64,000 nucleotides of DNA from Alphaproteobacteria bacterium (GTDB taxonomy: Bacteria > Pseudomonadota > Alphaproteobacteria > CALKHQ01), in the NCBI GenBank assembly GCA_965227515.1, contig CBDDFZ010000001.1, positions 2,432,001-2,496,000 on the forward strand. The letters run 5' to 3'. The position numbers were made by a program, and so were the translations under genes. The notes under the pieces were generated by a model, which did not search any database, had not been told where the DNA came from, and worked only from the letters and a program-made list of their open reading frames with translations. Shown piece after piece: positions 1 to 16,138 of this stretch. Every line of letters begins with the position of its first letter. Within the stretch, counting starts at the first letter, position 1.

Positions 1-76
1 AGAGGCGCTGGTCTACGGCATTCTGCAGTTGCAGAAGAAGGTGCGGCGCTCCAAACCGATCTCGCGCATTCTGTAG
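1..76 (+). CDS. nuoB: NADH-quinone oxidoreductase subunit B, 3' end (partial)
   Basis: Frame from base 2 reads [24 protein letters not shown], the typical NuoB C-terminus; lies directly upstream of nuoC. Confidence 0.9.
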   Translation, partial: EALVYGILQLQKKVRRSKPISRIL

Positions 77-95
77 GCGAACAGGACAACCCCAG

Positions 96-713
96 ATGGA
101 CCAGGCCGTCATCGATCTCGGCGACTACGTCGCGGCGACCAAGCCGTCGCTCGTCGCCAGCACGGAGATTGTCGCCGACGAGCTGATCGTCTCGTGCAAG
201 CGGTCGGACCTGCGCGACCTGATGAGCTTCCTGCGCGACGACTCGAACTGCCAGTTCCGTCTGCTGGTGGACATCTGCGGCACCGACTATCCCAGCCGCG
301 AAGAGCGGTTCGAGATCGTCTACAACCTGCTCAGTGTGAAACAGAACCTGCGGGTGCGGGTAAAGGTGACGACCGATGAGGACACGCCGGTGCCGTCGAT
401 CGCCGACCTGTTCAGCACCGCCAACTGGTACGAGCGCGAGGCCTGGGACATGTATGGCGTGTTCTTCGCCGACCATCCCGACCTGCGGCGCCTGCTCACC
501 GACTATGGCTTTGAAGGCCACCCGATGCGCAAGGACTTCCCGCTGACCGGTTATGTGGAAGTGCGCTATGACGACCTGCAGAAGCGTGTGGTCTACGAGC
601 CGGTGAAGCTGACCCAGGAGTTCCGCAGCTTCGACTTCATGAGCCCGTGGGAGGGCGCGCACTACGTGCTGCCCGGCGACGAAAAGGCTGAAGAGAAGGA
701 CGACGCGGCATGA
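96..713 (+). CDS. nuoC: NADH-quinone oxidoreductase subunit C
   Basis: [14 protein letters not shown]...[24 protein letters not shown] motif. Confidence 0.97.
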   Translation: MDQAVIDLGDYVAATKPSLVASTEIVADELIVSCKRSDLRDLMSFLRDDSNCQFRLLVDICGTDYPSREERFEIVYNLLSVKQNLRVRVKVTTDEDTPVPSIADLFSTANWYEREAWDMYGVFFADHPDLRRLLTDYGFEGHPMRKDFPLTGYVEVRYDDLQKRVVYEPVKLTQEFRSFDFMSPWEGAHYVLPGDEKAEEKDDAA

Positions 714-1891
714 GCGACGACGTCGATATCAAGCCGTTCACGTTCAACTTCGGGCCGCAGCACCCAGCGGCCCACGGCGTGCTGCGCATGATCATGGAGA
801 TGGACGGCGAGGTCGTGGAGCGGATCGACCCGCATATCGGTCTGCTGCACCGCGGCACCGAGAAGCTGATCGAGTACAAGACCTATTTGCAGGCGGTGCC
901 GTACTTCGACCGCCTGGATTACGTGGCGCCGATGTGCCAGGAGCACGCCTACGCGCTGGCGGTCGAGAAGCTCCTGGGTATCGAGGTGCCGAAGCGCGGC
1001 CAGTACGTGCGCGTGCTGTTCGCCGAGATCAGCCGGCTGCTCAACCATATCCTCAACCTCACCGCCTTCGGGCTGGACGTCGGCGCGATGACGCCGATCC
1101 TGTGGGGGTTCGAGGAGCGCGAGAAGCTGATGGAGTTCCACGAGGGCGTGTCGGGCGCCCGGCTCCACGCGGCCTATTTCCGCCCCGGCGGCGTGCACCA
1201 GGACCTGCCGGCCGGCATGGCCGAGGAGATCGTGGAGTACCTGCCGCGGCTGCTCAAGTTCGTCGACGACATGGAGCACCTGCTGACCGAGAACCGGATT
1301 TTCCGGCAGCGCTGCGTCGACATCGGCGTGGTCAGCGCGGCGGAGGCGCAGGACTGGGGCTTCACTGGGCCGTGCCTGCGGGCATCGGGCGTGCCATGGG
1401 ACCTGCGCAAGGCCCAGCCCTATGACAGCTACGACGACTTCGACTTCGACATTCCGGTGGGCAAGAACGGCGACTGCTTCGACCGCTATCTGGTCCGGGT
1501 GGAGGAGATGCGCCAGTCCTGCCGCATCGTCGAGCAGGCGGCGACGCGGCTGCCCGACGGCCCGGTGAAGGTGGACGACAACAAGGTCGCCCCGCCGAAG
1601 CGCGCGCAGATGAAGCGCTCGATGGAAGCGCTGATCCACCACTTCAAGCTCTATACCGAGGGCTATCACGTGCCGGCCGGCGAGACCTACACCGCGGTCG
1701 AGGCGCCGAAAGGCGAGTTTGCGGTCTATCTGGTCTCCGACGGCTCCAACAAGCCCTACCGCTGCAAGATCCGCGCGCCCGGCTTCCCGCACCTGCAAGC
1801 CATGGACTATATGTGCAAGGGCCACATGCTGGCCGACAGCGTTGCCGTGCTCGGCAGCCTGGACATCGTGTTCGGGGAGATCGACCGTTGA
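710..1891 (+). CDS. nuoD: NADH-quinone oxidoreductase subunit D
   Basis: [19 protein letters not shown]-terminal DIVFGEIDR; ATGA overlap with nuoC. Confidence 0.98.
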   Translation: MSDDVDIKPFTFNFGPQHPAAHGVLRMIMEMDGEVVERIDPHIGLLHRGTEKLIEYKTYLQAVPYFDRLDYVAPMCQEHAYALAVEKLLGIEVPKRGQYVRVLFAEISRLLNHILNLTAFGLDVGAMTPILWGFEEREKLMEFHEGVSGARLHAAYFRPGGVHQDLPAGMAEEIVEYLPRLLKFVDDMEHLLTENRIFRQRCVDIGVVSAAEAQDWGFTGPCLRASGVPWDLRKAQPYDSYDDFDFDIPVGKNGDCFDRYLVRVEEMRQSCRIVEQAATRLPDGPVKVDDNKVAPPKRAQMKRSMEALIHHFKLYTEGYHVPAGETYTAVEAPKGEFAVYLVSDGSNKPYRCKIRAPGFPHLQAMDYMCKGHMLADSVAVLGSLDIVFGEIDR

Positions 1892-2553
1892 GCGCGCGCA
1901 TGCCCGCCCCGGACGAGTTGCAACCGTCCTCGTTCACGTTCTCCAAGGAAGGACGCGCGCGCGCCGACCGCATCATCGCGCGCTATCCGGAGGGCCGGCA
2001 GGCCAGCGCCGTGATCCCGTTGCTCGACATCGCCCAGCGCGAGGCCGGCGGCTGGGTGCCGCGCGCCGCCATGGACCATATCGCCGAGGTGCTGAGCATG
2101 CCGGCGATCCGGGTCTACGAGGTCGCGACCTTCTATTCGATGTTCAACCTGGCCCCGGTCGGCGCGAACTTCATCCAGGTCTGCCGCACCACGCCGTGCT
2201 GGCTGCGCGGCAGCGACGACCTGGTGGGCGCGTGCCGCGACAAGCTCGGCATCGGCCTCGGCCAGACCACCGAGGACGGCAAGTTCAGCCTGGTCGAGGT
2301 GGAGTGCCTGGGTGCCTGCGTCAACGCGCCGATGGTGCAGATCAACGATCACTACTACGAAGACCTGGACGCCGACAGCATGGCCCGTCTGATCGACGAC
2401 CTTGCCGCCGGCCGCGCGCCCGACCAGGGCTCGCAGACCGGCCGCCAGGGTTCGGCGCCCGAGGGCGGGCCGACCACGCTGACCAAGGTGCCCGATCCGC
2501 CGGTGGTCAAGACCCTCGACTTTCCGGCAAACAAACCGGCGGAGGATGCCTGA
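1888..2553 (+). CDS. nuoE: NADH-quinone oxidoreductase subunit E
   Basis: CRTTPC...ECLGAC 2Fe-2S motif; start placed at the TTG overlapping the nuoD stop (ATG at 1900 is an alternative). Confidence 0.95.
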   Translation: MSARMPAPDELQPSSFTFSKEGRARADRIIARYPEGRQASAVIPLLDIAQREAGGWVPRAAMDHIAEVLSMPAIRVYEVATFYSMFNLAPVGANFIQVCRTTPCWLRGSDDLVGACRDKLGIGLGQTTEDGKFSLVEVECLGACVNAPMVQINDHYYEDLDADSMARLIDDLAAGRAPDQGSQTGRQGSAPEGGPTTLTKVPDPPVVKTLDFPANKPAEDA

Positions 2554-3840
<1,287 letters not shown>

Positions 3841-3863
3841 CGGGAAGGATGCAGGATCAAGCG

Positions 3864-5927
3864 ATGCTGAAACTCACCGTCGACGGCGAAGAGGTCGAGG
3901 TCCCGCCCGGCAGCACCGTGCTGCAGGCGTGCGAGGCGGCGGGCAAGGAAATCCCGCGCTTCTGCTACCACGACCGGCTGTCCATCGCCGGCAACTGCCG
4001 CATGTGCCTGGTCGAGGTGGCGCCGGGGCCGCCGAAACCGCAGGCGTCGTGCGCGCTGCCGGCCGCCGACGGCCAGACCATTGTCACCAGCTCGCCGAAG
4101 ATCAAGAAGGCGCGCGAAGGGGTGATGGAGTTCCTGCTGATCAACCACCCGCTGGACTGCCCGATCTGCGACCAGGGCGGCGAGTGCGACCTGCAGGACC
4201 AGGCCATGGGCTATGGTGGCGACCGCAGCCGCTACACCGAGAACAAGCGCGCGGTGAAGGAGAAGTATCTGGGCCCGTTGGTGAAAACCATCATGACCCG
4301 GTGCATCCACTGCACCCGCTGCGTGCGGTTCAGCACCGAGGTGGCGGGCGTCTCAGAACTCGGCGCGGTCGGCCGTGGCGAAAACATGGAGATTACCACC
4401 TACGTCGAGAAGGCGCTGACCTCCGAGCTTTCGGCCAACATCATCGACCTGTGCCCGGTCGGCGCGCTGACCAGCAAGCCATACGCGTTCGCCGCGCGGC
4501 CCTGGGAACTGCGCAAGACCGAGAGCGTCGACGTGATGGACGCGGTCGGCTCAGCGATCCGGGTCGACGCGCGCGGCCGCGAAGTGCTGCGCGTCCTGCC
4601 GCGCACCAACGAGGCGGTCAACGAGGAGTGGATCTCCGACAAGACGCGCTACGCCTGCGACGGCCTGAAATACCGCCGGCTCGACCGGCCCTTCGTGCGC
4701 CGCGACGGCAAGCTGGCGCCGGCGACGTGGGACGAGGCATTGCAGGTGGTCGCCGACCATCTGGGCAAGGTCGACCCGCAGCGGCTGGCCGCCATCGCCG
4801 GCGACCAGTGCGACGCGGAGTCGATGTTCGCGCTAAAGGGCCTGATGGACGGGCTCGGCACGCCGCATATCGATTGCCGGCAGGATGGCGCCAAGCTGGA
4901 TGCCAGCGACCGCGGCAGCTACATCTTCAACTCTACCATCTCCGGTATCGCGCAGGCCGATGCCTGCCTGATCATCGGCGCCAATCCGCGCTGGGAGGCC
5001 CCCATCATCAACGCGCGGCTGCGCGGCCGTTGGCTGACCGGCGCGCTGAAGGTCGGGGTGATCGGCGAGAAGCTGGACCTGACCTACGGCTACGACTATC
5101 TGGGCGCCGGGCCGCCGTCTCTGGCCGAAGTGGTTGGCAAGAAAGGCTTTTTCGACACGCTGAAGAAGGCCGAGCGGCCGATGATCATCGTCGGCATGGG
5201 CGCGCTGACTCGCCCGGATGGCGCCGCGGTGCTGGCCCAGGCGCGCGCGCTGGCGGATGCCTGCGGGGCGGTGAGCGACGACTGGAATGGCTTCAACGTG
5301 CTGCACACGGCGGCCGCGCGCGTCGGCGGGCTCGACCTCGGCTTCGTGCCGGGCGAGGGCGGCCGCGACGTCGCCGGCATCCTGGACGGCTGCCAGGCCG
5401 GCGAGATCGATGTGGTCTACCTGTTGGGCGCCGACGAGTTCGACACCAAGAAGCTCGGCAATGCCTTCGTCATCTACCAGGGCCACCATGGCGACGCGGG
5501 TGCCGCGGCGGCCGACGTCATCCTGCCGGGGGCCGCGTACACCGAGAAGTACGGCACGTACATCAACACGGAGGGCCGGGTGCAGCTCGGCCGGCTGGCG
5601 GTCTATCCGCCCGGCGACGCCCGCGAGGACTGGACCATCCTGCGCGCGCTTTCCGGCGCCCTGGGCCGCGCGCTGCCGTACGACGACCTGAGCGCGCTGC
5701 GCCAGGCGATGGTTTCGGCGCACCCGCACATGGCCGCCATCGGTGAGGCCGAGCCTGCGGCATGGCGTCCGGCGAGGGCCGGCAAGGAGAAGATGGACGA
5801 CGCGCCGTTTGCGAGCCCGATCCAGAACTTCTATATGACCGACCCCATCAGCCGCGCGTCGCGCACCATGGCCGAATGCACCGCCCACGTTCTGGGGGCC
5901 GACCTGGCCACCGGGACGGATCAATGA
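3864..5927 (+). CDS. nuoG: NADH-quinone oxidoreductase subunit G
   Basis: IPRFCYH...AGNCRMC, HPLDCPICDQGGEC, CIHCTRC; start set at MLKLTVDG (ATG 3864), not the longer ORF start. Confidence 0.97.
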   Translation: MLKLTVDGEEVEVPPGSTVLQACEAAGKEIPRFCYHDRLSIAGNCRMCLVEVAPGPPKPQASCALPAADGQTIVTSSPKIKKAREGVMEFLLINHPLDCPICDQGGECDLQDQAMGYGGDRSRYTENKRAVKEKYLGPLVKTIMTRCIHCTRCVRFSTEVAGVSELGAVGRGENMEITTYVEKALTSELSANIIDLCPVGALTSKPYAFAARPWELRKTESVDVMDAVGSAIRVDARGREVLRVLPRTNEAVNEEWISDKTRYACDGLKYRRLDRPFVRRDGKLAPATWDEALQVVADHLGKVDPQRLAAIAGDQCDAESMFALKGLMDGLGTPHIDCRQDGAKLDASDRGSYIFNSTISGIAQADACLIIGANPRWEAPIINARLRGRWLTGALKVGVIGEKLDLTYGYDYLGAGPPSLAEVVGKKGFFDTLKKAERPMIIVGMGALTRPDGAAVLAQARALADACGAVSDDWNGFNVLHTAAARVGGLDLGFVPGEGGRDVAGILDGCQAGEIDVVYLLGADEFDTKKLGNAFVIYQGHHGDAGAAAADVILPGAAYTEKYGTYINTEGRVQLGRLAVYPPGDAREDWTILRALSGALGRALPYDDLSALRQAMVSAHPHMAAIGEAEPAAWRPARAGKEKMDDAPFASPIQNFYMTDPISRASRTMAECTAHVLGADLATGTDQ

Positions 5928-5990
5928 CCGTTTTCTCAATGACCGCCTTCTCAATTTCCGGCACCCCCGAGACGGACTGAGCACGACACG

Positions 5991-7016
5991 ATGGGATTCT
6001 GGGACGGATATGTTTGGCCGGCGGCGCTGATCGTCGCCTATATCCTGTGCATTGTCGTGCCGCTGCTGGTCGCGGTCGCCTACCTGACATATGCCGAGCG
6101 CAAGGTGCTGGCTGCGATGCAGCTGCGCCGCGGCCCCAACGTGGTTGGCCCGTTCGGCCTGTTGCAGCCCTTCGCCGACGGGCTGAAGGCGCTGATGAAG
6201 GAGACCATCATCCCGTCCGGCGCCAACCGGGTGGTGTTCATCCTGGCGCCGATGGTGACCTTCACCCTGTCGATGGTGGCCTGGGCGGTGATCCCGTTCG
6301 ACGACGGATGGGTGCTGGCCGACATCAATGTCGGCATCCTCTACCTGTTCGCGATCTCCTCGCTGGGCGTCTACGGCGTTATCATGGCCGGCTGGGCCTC
6401 GAACTCGAAATACCCGTTCCTGGGCGCGCTGCGCTCGGCCGCGCAGATGGTGTCCTACGAGGTCTCCATCGGCTTCGTGATGATCTCCGTGCTGCTGTGC
6501 GCCGGCTCGCTGAACCTGTCGGAGATTGTCCAGGCCCAGGACGGCTTATGGTTCTGCGTGCCGCTGCTGCCGATGTTCGTGGTGTTCTTCATCTCCGCGC
6601 TGGCGGAGACCAACCGGGCGCCGTTCGACCTGCCCGAGGCCGAGGCGGAGCTGGTCTCCGGCTTCAACGTCGAATATTCCGGCTTCCCGTTCGCCATGTT
6701 CTTCCTGGGCGAATACGCCAACATGATCCTGATGAGCGGCATCATGACCATCCTGTTCCTGGGTGGCTGGCTGCCGATCGCCGATATCGCACCGTTCAAC
6801 TGGATCCCGGGCGTGATCTGGTTCGGGCTGAAGGTTTCGGTGCTGCTGTTCGGCTTCCTGTGGGTGCGCGCCACCTTCCCCCGGTTCCGCTACGACCAGC
6901 TGATGCGGCTGGGCTGGAAGGTGTTCCTGCCGTTCTCGCTGTTCTGGCTGGTGCTGACCGCCGGCGTGCTGGTGGCGTTCGGCTGGGTGCCGGGCAGTGA
7001 AGCGGCGGGTGGCTGA
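5991..7016 (+). CDS. nuoH: NADH-quinone oxidoreductase subunit H
   Basis: [36 protein letters not shown]. Confidence 0.98.
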   Translation: MGFWDGYVWPAALIVAYILCIVVPLLVAVAYLTYAERKVLAAMQLRRGPNVVGPFGLLQPFADGLKALMKETIIPSGANRVVFILAPMVTFTLSMVAWAVIPFDDGWVLADINVGILYLFAISSLGVYGVIMAGWASNSKYPFLGALRSAAQMVSYEVSIGFVMISVLLCAGSLNLSEIVQAQDGLWFCVPLLPMFVVFFISALAETNRAPFDLPEAEAELVSGFNVEYSGFPFAMFFLGEYANMILMSGIMTILFLGGWLPIADIAPFNWIPGVIWFGLKVSVLLFGFLWVRATFPRFRYDQLMRLGWKVFLPFSLFWLVLTAGVLVAFGWVPGSEAAGG

Positions 7017-7040
7017 TTGAGATGAGCGGGGCAAGCTGAC

Positions 7041-7529
7041 ATGGCGATGATCGACCGCGCGGCACGCGGCTTCCTGCTGCTGGAGCTCCTGTCCGGCATG
7101 TGGCTGACGCTGCGGTACTTTTTCCGGCCGAAGGTGACGCTGAACTACCCCAACGAGAAGGGGCCGTTGTCGCCCCGGTTCCGTGGCGAGCATGCCTTGC
7201 GGCGCTATCCGAATGGCGAGGAGCGGTGCATCGCCTGCAAGCTGTGCGAGGCGATCTGCCCGGCCCAGGCGATCACCATCGAGGCCGAGCCGCGCGAGGA
7301 CGGGTCCAGGCGGACCACCCGCTACGACATCGACATGACCAAGTGCATCTATTGCGGCTTCTGCCAGGAGGCCTGCCCGGTGGACGCCATCGTGGAGGGG
7401 CCGAACTTCGAGTTCGCCACCGAGACCCGCGAGGAACTGCTCTACAACAAGGACAAGCTGCTTTCCAACGGCGACCGCTGGGAAGCCGAGCTTGCCGCTA
7501 ACATCGCGCAAGACGCGCCGTACCGGTGA
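7041..7529 (+). CDS. nuoI: NADH-quinone oxidoreductase subunit I
   Basis: Two CxxCxxCxxxCP 4Fe-4S motifs. Confidence 0.98.
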   Translation: MAMIDRAARGFLLLELLSGMWLTLRYFFRPKVTLNYPNEKGPLSPRFRGEHALRRYPNGEERCIACKLCEAICPAQAITIEAEPREDGSRRTTRYDIDMTKCIYCGFCQEACPVDAIVEGPNFEFATETREELLYNKDKLLSNGDRWEAELAANIAQDAPYR

Positions 7530-7701
7530 GGCTCGCGACCGCCGACATGCCACAGCGCGCGCATATGTTGACGAAGACCATGGCTGGGCCGGTTGTCATG
7601 GCAGGCGTTCCCGGCCATAAACCGGGCCACGGCGCGCGCCGCCGCGTCGCATCGTTCGTGACTGCCTGCACCCCAACCCGCCGCGCAGGCCGGAGTGCGC
7701 C

Positions 7702-8319
7702 ATGATCATCCAGGGCTTGGCCTTCTATCTGTTCGCCGCGGTGCTGATCGCATCCGCCGTCATGGTGGTCAGCGCGCGCAACCCGGTGCACTCGGTCCTC
7801 TACCTGATCCTGGCGTTCTTCAACGCCGCGGCGCTGTTCGTGCTGATCGGGGCGGAATTCCTGGCGATGATCCTGGTCGTCGTCTACGTCGGCGCGGTCG
7901 CTGTGTTGTTCCTGTTCGTGGTGATGATGCTCGACATCAACTTCGTCGAGATGCGCCAGGGCTTCCTGCAATACCTGCCGATCGGCGCGCTGATCGGGCT
8001 GGTGCTGCTGGCCGAACTGGTGATGCTGGGGGGCGCGTGGGTGTTCGCGCCCGAGGCGCTGGAGGTCGCCGCCGGCGGTCCAACGGCGCTCGATCCCGAG
8101 CTCTCGAATACCGAGGCGCTGGGCCGCCTGCTCTACACCCACTATGCGTACCTGTTCATCGCTGCCGGCATGGTGCTGCTGACCGCGATGATCGGCGCCA
8201 TCGTGCTGACGCTCCGGCAGCGCGCCAATGTGCGCCGCCAGTCGATCTCCGCGCAGATCGGGCGCCGGCGCAACGAGTCCATCGAGGTGCGCAAGGTGCC
8301 CTCGCGTACGGGCGTGTGA
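7702..8319 (+). CDS. nuoJ: NADH-quinone oxidoreductase subunit J
   Basis: [27 protein letters not shown]. Confidence 0.97.
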   Translation: MIIQGLAFYLFAAVLIASAVMVVSARNPVHSVLYLILAFFNAAALFVLIGAEFLAMILVVVYVGAVAVLFLFVVMMLDINFVEMRQGFLQYLPIGALIGLVLLAELVMLGGAWVFAPEALEVAAGGPTALDPELSNTEALGRLLYTHYAYLFIAAGMVLLTAMIGAIVLTLRQRANVRRQSISAQIGRRRNESIEVRKVPSRTGV

Positions 8320-8332
8320 GGAGGATAGGGCG

Positions 8333-8641
8333 ATGGAAATCGGACTTGGCCACTACCTCACCGTCGGCGCGATCCTGTTCACGCTGGGTATCTTCGGCAT
8401 CTTCCTGAACAGGAAGAACGTGATCATCATCCTGATGTCGATCGAGCTGATGCTGCTGGCGGTCAACATCAACCTGGTCGCGTTCTCCGCCTTCCTGAAC
8501 GATCTGGTCGGCCAAGTGTTCGCGCTGTTCGTGCTCACCGTGGCGGCGGCCGAGGCGGCCATCGGGCTCGCCATCCTCGTCGTCTATTTCCGCAACCGCG
8601 GCTCCATCGCGGTGGAAGACATCAACATGATGAAGGGCTGA
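8333..8641 (+). CDS. nuoK: NADH-quinone oxidoreductase subunit K
   Basis: [22 protein letters not shown]; GAGGA RBS before ATG 8333. Confidence 0.97.
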   Translation: MEIGLGHYLTVGAILFTLGIFGIFLNRKNVIIILMSIELMLLAVNINLVAFSAFLNDLVGQVFALFVLTVAAAEAAIGLAILVVYFRNRGSIAVEDINMMKG

Positions 8642-8648
8642 GCGCGGC

Positions 8649-10595
8649 ATGTACGCGATCATTGTCTTCCTGCCGCTGATCGGCTTCCTGATCGCCTGCC
8701 TGTTCGGGCGGGCCATCGGCGACCGTGGATCGCAGATCGTCACCTGCGGGCTGCTGATCCTGTCGGCGATCATCAGCTGGGTGGCGTTTTTCGACATCGG
8801 CATCGGCGGCGAGCCGGTCACGATCCACCTTTTCAACTGGATCGTCTCGGGCGAATTCGACGTCGCCTGGGCGCTGAAGCTGGACACGCTGACGGCGGTG
8901 ATGCTGATCGTGGTCACCACGGTGTCGTCGGTCGTGCACGTCTATTCGGTCGGCTACATGTCGCACGACAAGTCGATCCCGCGCTTCATGGGCTATCTCA
9001 GCCTGTTCACCTTCGCCATGCTGATGCTGGTGACGGCCGACAATCTGGTGCAGATGTTCTTCGGCTGGGAGGGCGTGGGCCTCGCCTCCTACCTCCTGAT
9101 CGGCTTCTGGTACGACCGGCCTTCCGCGAACGCCGCCGCCATCAAGGCTTTCGTCGTCAACCGCGTCGGTGATTTCGGCTTCCTGCTCGGCATCGCCGGC
9201 ATCTTCCTTCTGTTCGACACCATCTCGCTGGATGAGATTTTCGCGGCGGCGCCGGAGCACGCCGAGACCACGATCACGTTCCTCGGCATGCACCTGGATG
9301 CGATGACGACGCTCTGCATCCTGCTGTTCATCGGCGCGATGGGTAAGTCGGCGCAGTTGGGCCTGCACACCTGGCTGCCGGACGCGATGGAGGGCCCGAC
9401 CCCGGTCTCCGCCCTGATCCACGCCGCCACCATGGTGACGGCCGGCGTGTTCCTGGTCTGCCGCATGTCGCCGCTGTTCGAGCTGGCGCCGGATGCGCTT
9501 GCGGTCGTGGCCATCGTCGGTGCGGCCACCGCGTTCTTCGCGGCGACCATCGGGCTCACCCAGTTCGACATCAAGCGGGTGATCGCGTATTCGACCTGCT
9601 CTCAGCTCGGCTACATGTTCTTCGCCGCCGGCGTGTCGGCCTATCCGGCCGCCATGTTCCACCTGACCACCCACGCGTTCTTCAAGGCCTTGCTGTTCCT
9701 GGGCGCTGGGTCGGTGATCCACGCCATGTCCGACGAGCAGGACATGCGCAAGATGGGCGGCATCTGGCGGCAGATCCCGACCACCTATGTGATGATGTGG
9801 ATCGGCAGCCTGGCGCTGGCAGGCGTCGGCATTCCGTTCACCGGCATCGGCTTTGCCGGCTTCTATTCCAAGGACCTGATCATCGAGTCCGCGTTCGGCG
9901 CCCACTCGGTGGTCGGCCAGTTCGCGTTCTGGCTCGGCATCCTGGCCGCCGGCATGACCGCGTTCTATTCCTGGCGGCTCCTGTTCATGACCTTCCACGG
10001 CAAGCCGCGCGCCGACGAGAAGGTGATGGCGCACGTCCATGAATCGCCGAAGATCATGACCATCCCGCTGATCGTGCTGGCGGTGGGCGCGGTGTGCTCC
10101 GGCTTCGCGTTCTATCCGTCGTTCGTTGGCGAGGGCATGGTCGAGTTCTGGGGCGACTCCGTGGCCATCGAGGCCGCCCACCACGCCATCGAGGCGGCCC
10201 ACCATGTGCCGTCGTGGGTCGTCATGCTGCCGATCGCGCTGACCGTGTTCGGCATCGGGCTTGCCTACATCTTCTACATCGACTCCCCGTGGCTGCCGGG
10301 CTGGACGGCCGCGCGCGCCGGCGGGCTCTACCGGTTCATTTTCAACAAGTGGTACTTCGACGAGCTCTACGACCGCATCTTCGTGCGCCCGGCGTTCTAT
10401 CTCGGCAGGGGGCTGTGGCAGGCCGGCGATGGCGCGCTGATCGACGGTGTCGGCCCGGACGGGGTTGCCCGCGCCGCGCGCCAGATCGCGCGCAAGGCCA
10501 GCGGACTGCAGTCCGGCTTCGTCTACCACTATGCGTTTGCCATGCTGATCGGCGTCGTCGCGCTGGTCACCTGGTATCTGTACGCGTCGGCCTGA
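8649..10595 (+). CDS. nuoL: NADH-quinone oxidoreductase subunit L
   Basis: [32 protein letters not shown]. Confidence 0.98.
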   Translation: MYAIIVFLPLIGFLIACLFGRAIGDRGSQIVTCGLLILSAIISWVAFFDIGIGGEPVTIHLFNWIVSGEFDVAWALKLDTLTAVMLIVVTTVSSVVHVYSVGYMSHDKSIPRFMGYLSLFTFAMLMLVTADNLVQMFFGWEGVGLASYLLIGFWYDRPSANAAAIKAFVVNRVGDFGFLLGIAGIFLLFDTISLDEIFAAAPEHAETTITFLGMHLDAMTTLCILLFIGAMGKSAQLGLHTWLPDAMEGPTPVSALIHAATMVTAGVFLVCRMSPLFELAPDALAVVAIVGAATAFFAATIGLTQFDIKRVIAYSTCSQLGYMFFAAGVSAYPAAMFHLTTHAFFKALLFLGAGSVIHAMSDEQDMRKMGGIWRQIPTTYVMMWIGSLALAGVGIPFTGIGFAGFYSKDLIIESAFGAHSVVGQFAFWLGILAAGMTAFYSWRLLFMTFHGKPRADEKVMAHVHESPKIMTIPLIVLAVGAVCSGFAFYPSFVGEGMVEFWGDSVAIEAAHHAIEAAHHVPSWVVMLPIALTVFGIGLAYIFYIDSPWLPGWTAARAGGLYRFIFNKWYFDELYDRIFVRPAFYLGRGLWQAGDGALIDGVGPDGVARAARQIARKASGLQSGFVYHYAFAMLIGVVALVTWYLYASA

Positions 10596-10611
10596 GGATC
10601 AGCACGCCGCC

Positions 10612-12123
10612 ATGGACAACGTCTTGCTGACAGCCGTCACCTTCCTGCCACTGGCGGGCGCCCTGTTCATCATGCTGGTGCGGGGCGACGAGGCCGTTGT
10701 CGCGCGCAATTCGCGATACGTCGCGCTGTGGACCTCGCTGCTGACCCTGGTGATCAGCCTGGCGCTGTGGTTCGGCTTCGACGGATCCGATCCAGACTTC
10801 CAGTACGTCGAGCATGTCGAGTGGATACCGTCGCTGGGGCTCGCCTATCACATGGGCGTCGACGGCATCTCGGTGCTGTTCGTGCTGCTGTCGACGCTGC
10901 TGACGCCGATCTGCATCGTGGCCAGTTGGGATGCCGTCCAGCACCGCGTGAAGGACTACATGATCGCGTTTCTGATCCTGGAAACGCTGATGGTCGGCAT
11001 GTTCTGCGCGCTCGATATCGTGCTGTTCTACATCTTCTTCGAAGGTGTCCTGATCCCGATGTTCCTGATCATCGGGGTGTGGGGCGGCCAGCGCCGGGTC
11101 TATGCCGCGTTCAAGTTCTTCCTCTACACGCTGACCGGCTCGGTCCTGATGCTGCTGGCGATCCTGTTCATGATCTTCGAGGCCGGCACCACCAGCATTC
11201 CGGAGATGCATGCCTACGGCTTCCCGGAGGGCATGCAGTACTGGCTGTTCCTGGCCTTCTTCGCCTCGTTCGCGGTCAAGGTGCCGATGTGGCCGTTCCA
11301 CACCTGGCTGCCGGATGCACACGTGGAGGCGCCGACCGCCGGTTCGGTCATATTGGCCGGCGTGCTGTTGAAGATGGGGGCCTATGGCTTCCTGCGCTTC
11401 AACCTGCCGATGCTGCCCATCGCATCCGACTACTTCGCGCCGCTGATCTTCACCCTCAGCGTGATCGCGGTGATCTACACCTCGCTGGTGGCGCTGGCGC
11501 AGAAGGACATGAAGAAGCTGATCGCCTATTCGTCGGTCGCGCACATGGGCTTCGTCACCATCGGCATCTTCGCCGCCAACGGCCAGGCGGTGGAGGGCGC
11601 GATCATCCAGATGCTGAGCCACGGCTTCGTCTCCGGCGCGCTGTTCCTGTGCGTCGGCGTGGTCTACGACCGGCTGCACACGCGCGAGATCGCGCGCTAT
11701 GGCGGGCTGGTGCACCGCATGCCGATCTATGCCGTGGTGTTCATGATCTTCATGCTGGCCTCGGTCGGCCTGCCCGGCACGTCGGGCTTCGTCGGCGAGT
11801 TCCTGGTCATCATGGGCACCTTCAAGGTCAATACCTGGGTGGCCGCGCTGATGGCCACCGGCGTCATCCTGGGCGCTGCCTACATGCTGTTCCTCTACCG
11901 CCGCATCATTTTCGGCGCGCTGGTGAAGGACGAGCTGAAGGCCATGCTGGATATGAACAAGCGCGAAATCGGCATGTTCGTGCCCCTGGTCATTCTGGTG
12001 CTGTGGATGGGCATCTATCCGTCGAGCTTCCTGGATCGCATCAGCACCTCGGTCGATAACCTGGTCACCAACTACGTCGCCGCGTTGAACGACGCCGGCA
12101 TCGACGTGGCGGCGGCGGAATAG
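10612..12123 (+). CDS. nuoM: NADH-quinone oxidoreductase subunit M
   Basis: [33 protein letters not shown]. Confidence 0.98.
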   Translation: MDNVLLTAVTFLPLAGALFIMLVRGDEAVVARNSRYVALWTSLLTLVISLALWFGFDGSDPDFQYVEHVEWIPSLGLAYHMGVDGISVLFVLLSTLLTPICIVASWDAVQHRVKDYMIAFLILETLMVGMFCALDIVLFYIFFEGVLIPMFLIIGVWGGQRRVYAAFKFFLYTLTGSVLMLLAILFMIFEAGTTSIPEMHAYGFPEGMQYWLFLAFFASFAVKVPMWPFHTWLPDAHVEAPTAGSVILAGVLLKMGAYGFLRFNLPMLPIASDYFAPLIFTLSVIAVIYTSLVALAQKDMKKLIAYSSVAHMGFVTIGIFAANGQAVEGAIIQMLSHGFVSGALFLCVGVVYDRLHTREIARYGGLVHRMPIYAVVFMIFMLASVGLPGTSGFVGEFLVIMGTFKVNTWVAALMATGVILGAAYMLFLYRRIIFGALVKDELKAMLDMNKREIGMFVPLVILVLWMGIYPSSFLDRISTSVDNLVTNYVAALNDAGIDVAAAE

Positions 12124-12137
12124 GCGGCGGACAAGCC

Positions 12138-13586
12138 ATGCCCGAACTACAACTCGCCGACCTGGGGACCGCGCTGCCGGAATTGTTCCTGGCGGTGATG
12201 TCGATGGTGCTGCTGCTCTATGGCGCCTATCGCGGCAATCGCGGCACCGGCGAACTGATCGCCGCCACCTGCGTGGTCTTCGTCATCGCGCTGCTGCTGC
12301 TGGTGTTCGGCGACGAGGGCACCCAGGTCGCCTTCAATGGCCTGTTCGTGGTCGATGCCTTCGCGGTGTTCCTGAAGGTGTTGATCCTGATCGGCGCCGG
12401 ATTGGGGCTGATCATCTCCTACCGCTATCTGAAGGCGGAGGGGTTGCGGCGGTTCGAGTACCCGGTGCTGACCCTGCTGGCCGTGCTCGGCATGATGATG
12501 ATGGTCTCGGCCAACGACCTGATCTCGCTCTATGTCGGGTTGGAGGTGCAGAGCCTTGCGCTGTACGTGATGGCCGCGTTCCACCGAGACACCGTGCGCT
12601 CCACCGAGGCGGGGCTGAAGTACTTCGTGCTGGGCGCGCTGTCGTCCGGCATGCTGCTCTACGGCTGCTCGATGATCTACGGCTTTGCCGGCTCCACCGG
12701 CTTCGACACCATCGCCACGGTGCTGGGCGAGGGTGGCCAGAGCGACATGATCGGCATCATCGTCGGCATCGTGTTCCTGGCCGCGGGGCTGGCATTCAAG
12801 GTCTCCGCCGTGCCGTTCCATATGTGGACGCCGGACGTCTACGAGGGCGCGCCGACGCCGGTGACCGCGTTCTTCGCGGTGGCGCCGAAGATTGCCGCCA
12901 TCGGGCTCTTCCTGCGGGTGCTGGTGGAGCCGTTCGGCGATCTGGTGGCGCAATGGCAGCAGATCATCGTCGCCATCAGCATCATGTCGATGGTGCTGGG
13001 CGCGTTCGCGGCGCTGGCGCAGCGCAACATCAAGCGGCTGATGGCTTATTCGTCCATCGGCCATATCGGCTTCGCGTTGGTGGGGCTGGCCGCCGCGACG
13101 CCGGACGGTGTCGCCAGCGTGCTGATCTACATGGCGATCTACCTGGCCATGAACGTCGGCACCTTCGCGTGCATCCTGTGCATGCGGCGCAAGGGCCGCG
13201 CGGTGGAGGCGATCGACGACCTGGCAGGTCTCGCGCGGCACCAGCGCGGCATGGCACTGGCGCTGACGATCTTCATGTTCTCGATGGCCGGCATTCCGCC
13301 GCTGGCCGGCTTCCTGGGCAAGCTGTTCGTGTTCCGCGCCGCGATCGAGGCCGAGCTCTATACGCTGGCGGTCATCGGCGTGCTGGCGAGCGTGGTGAGC
13401 GCGTTCTACTATCTGCGCATCGTGAAGCTGATGTGGTTCGACGAGGCGGCCGAGCCGCTGGAGCAGCCCATCGGCGGGACCCTGGCGACGGTGATGTTGA
13501 TCACCGCCATCGTCACCGCGCTGTTCATCGTCTACCCCGCGCCTTTGATGGACGGGGCAGAGGTCGCCGCGCGATCGCTTTACTGA
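12138..13586 (+). CDS. nuoN: NADH-quinone oxidoreductase subunit N
   Basis: [27 protein letters not shown]. Confidence 0.98.
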   Translation: MPELQLADLGTALPELFLAVMSMVLLLYGAYRGNRGTGELIAATCVVFVIALLLLVFGDEGTQVAFNGLFVVDAFAVFLKVLILIGAGLGLIISYRYLKAEGLRRFEYPVLTLLAVLGMMMMVSANDLISLYVGLEVQSLALYVMAAFHRDTVRSTEAGLKYFVLGALSSGMLLYGCSMIYGFAGSTGFDTIATVLGEGGQSDMIGIIVGIVFLAAGLAFKVSAVPFHMWTPDVYEGAPTPVTAFFAVAPKIAAIGLFLRVLVEPFGDLVAQWQQIIVAISIMSMVLGAFAALAQRNIKRLMAYSSIGHIGFALVGLAAATPDGVASVLIYMAIYLAMNVGTFACILCMRRKGRAVEAIDDLAGLARHQRGMALALTIFMFSMAGIPPLAGFLGKLFVFRAAIEAELYTLAVIGVLASVVSAFYYLRIVKLMWFDEAAEPLEQPIGGTLATVMLITAIVTALFIVYPAPLMDGAEVAARSLY

Positions 13587-13616
13587 CCCGACACACCTGA
13601 ACCACACGGGCGGCGC

Positions 13617-14404
13617 ATGCTGCTGGCTATCGATATCGGTAACACCAACGTGGTGTTCGCCGTCTATGACGGGGACCGCCGTTGCGGCCAATGGCGGCTG
13701 GCGACCGACCCGCAGCGCACCGCCGACGAATATGCCAGCCTGCTCGACGTGCTGTTCCAGCGCGCCGACGTCGGCTTCGGCGACATCAGCGCGGTGATCG
13801 CGGCGAGCGTGGTGCCGCCGGTGACCCCGAACGTCGCGCGCATGTGCGCCAACTACCTGCAGGCGCCGTTTCGGCAGGTGGGCGACCCCGCGCTCGACCT
13901 CGGCATCGAGGTGCTGATCGACCAGCCGGAGACGGTGGGCGCCGACCGCCTGGTCAACGCAGTGGCCGGCCACAAGCTGTACGACGGCGCGCTGCTGCTG
14001 ATCGATTTCGGCACCGCCACCACGTTCGACATTGTCGACGCCGGGGGCAACTACCGTGGCGGCGTGTTCGCGCCCGGCATCAACCAGTCGACCGAGGCGC
14101 TCTACAAGGTCGCCGCCAAGCTACCTCGCATCGAGATCAAGCCGACCGCGCAGATCATCGGCCGGGCGACCGTGCCGGCGATGCAGTCGGGCGTGTTCTG
14201 GGGCTATGTGTCGATGATCGAGGGGCTGGTCCGCCGCATCGTCGACGAGTTCGCCCAGCCGATGACGGTGATCGCGACCGGCGGGCTTGCCGGCCTGTTC
14301 AACGAGCACTGCGCGGCTATCGACAAGGTCGACCCGGACATCACCATGGTCGGGCTGCAAGAGATTTTCCGGCGCAATCCGCGCGCCTTTGAGGCCGATA
14401 CCGC

Positions 14405-14408
<4 letters not shown>
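13617..14408 (+). CDS. coaX: Type III pantothenate kinase
   Basis: DIGNT, GADR, DFGTATT motifs. Confidence 0.95.
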
Positions 14409-16084
<1,676 letters not shown>

Positions 16085-16138
16085 GCCCGCGCGAGGCGAT
16101 GGCGGCGACCGTCCTGGCAGGAACCTGAGAGCACTGAA

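Noticed and set aside
7575-7635. Hairpin in the nuoI-nuoJ spacer (GTCATGGC...GCCAT)
   Set aside because: Probably a decayed REP; too degenerate to assign and it has no U-tract
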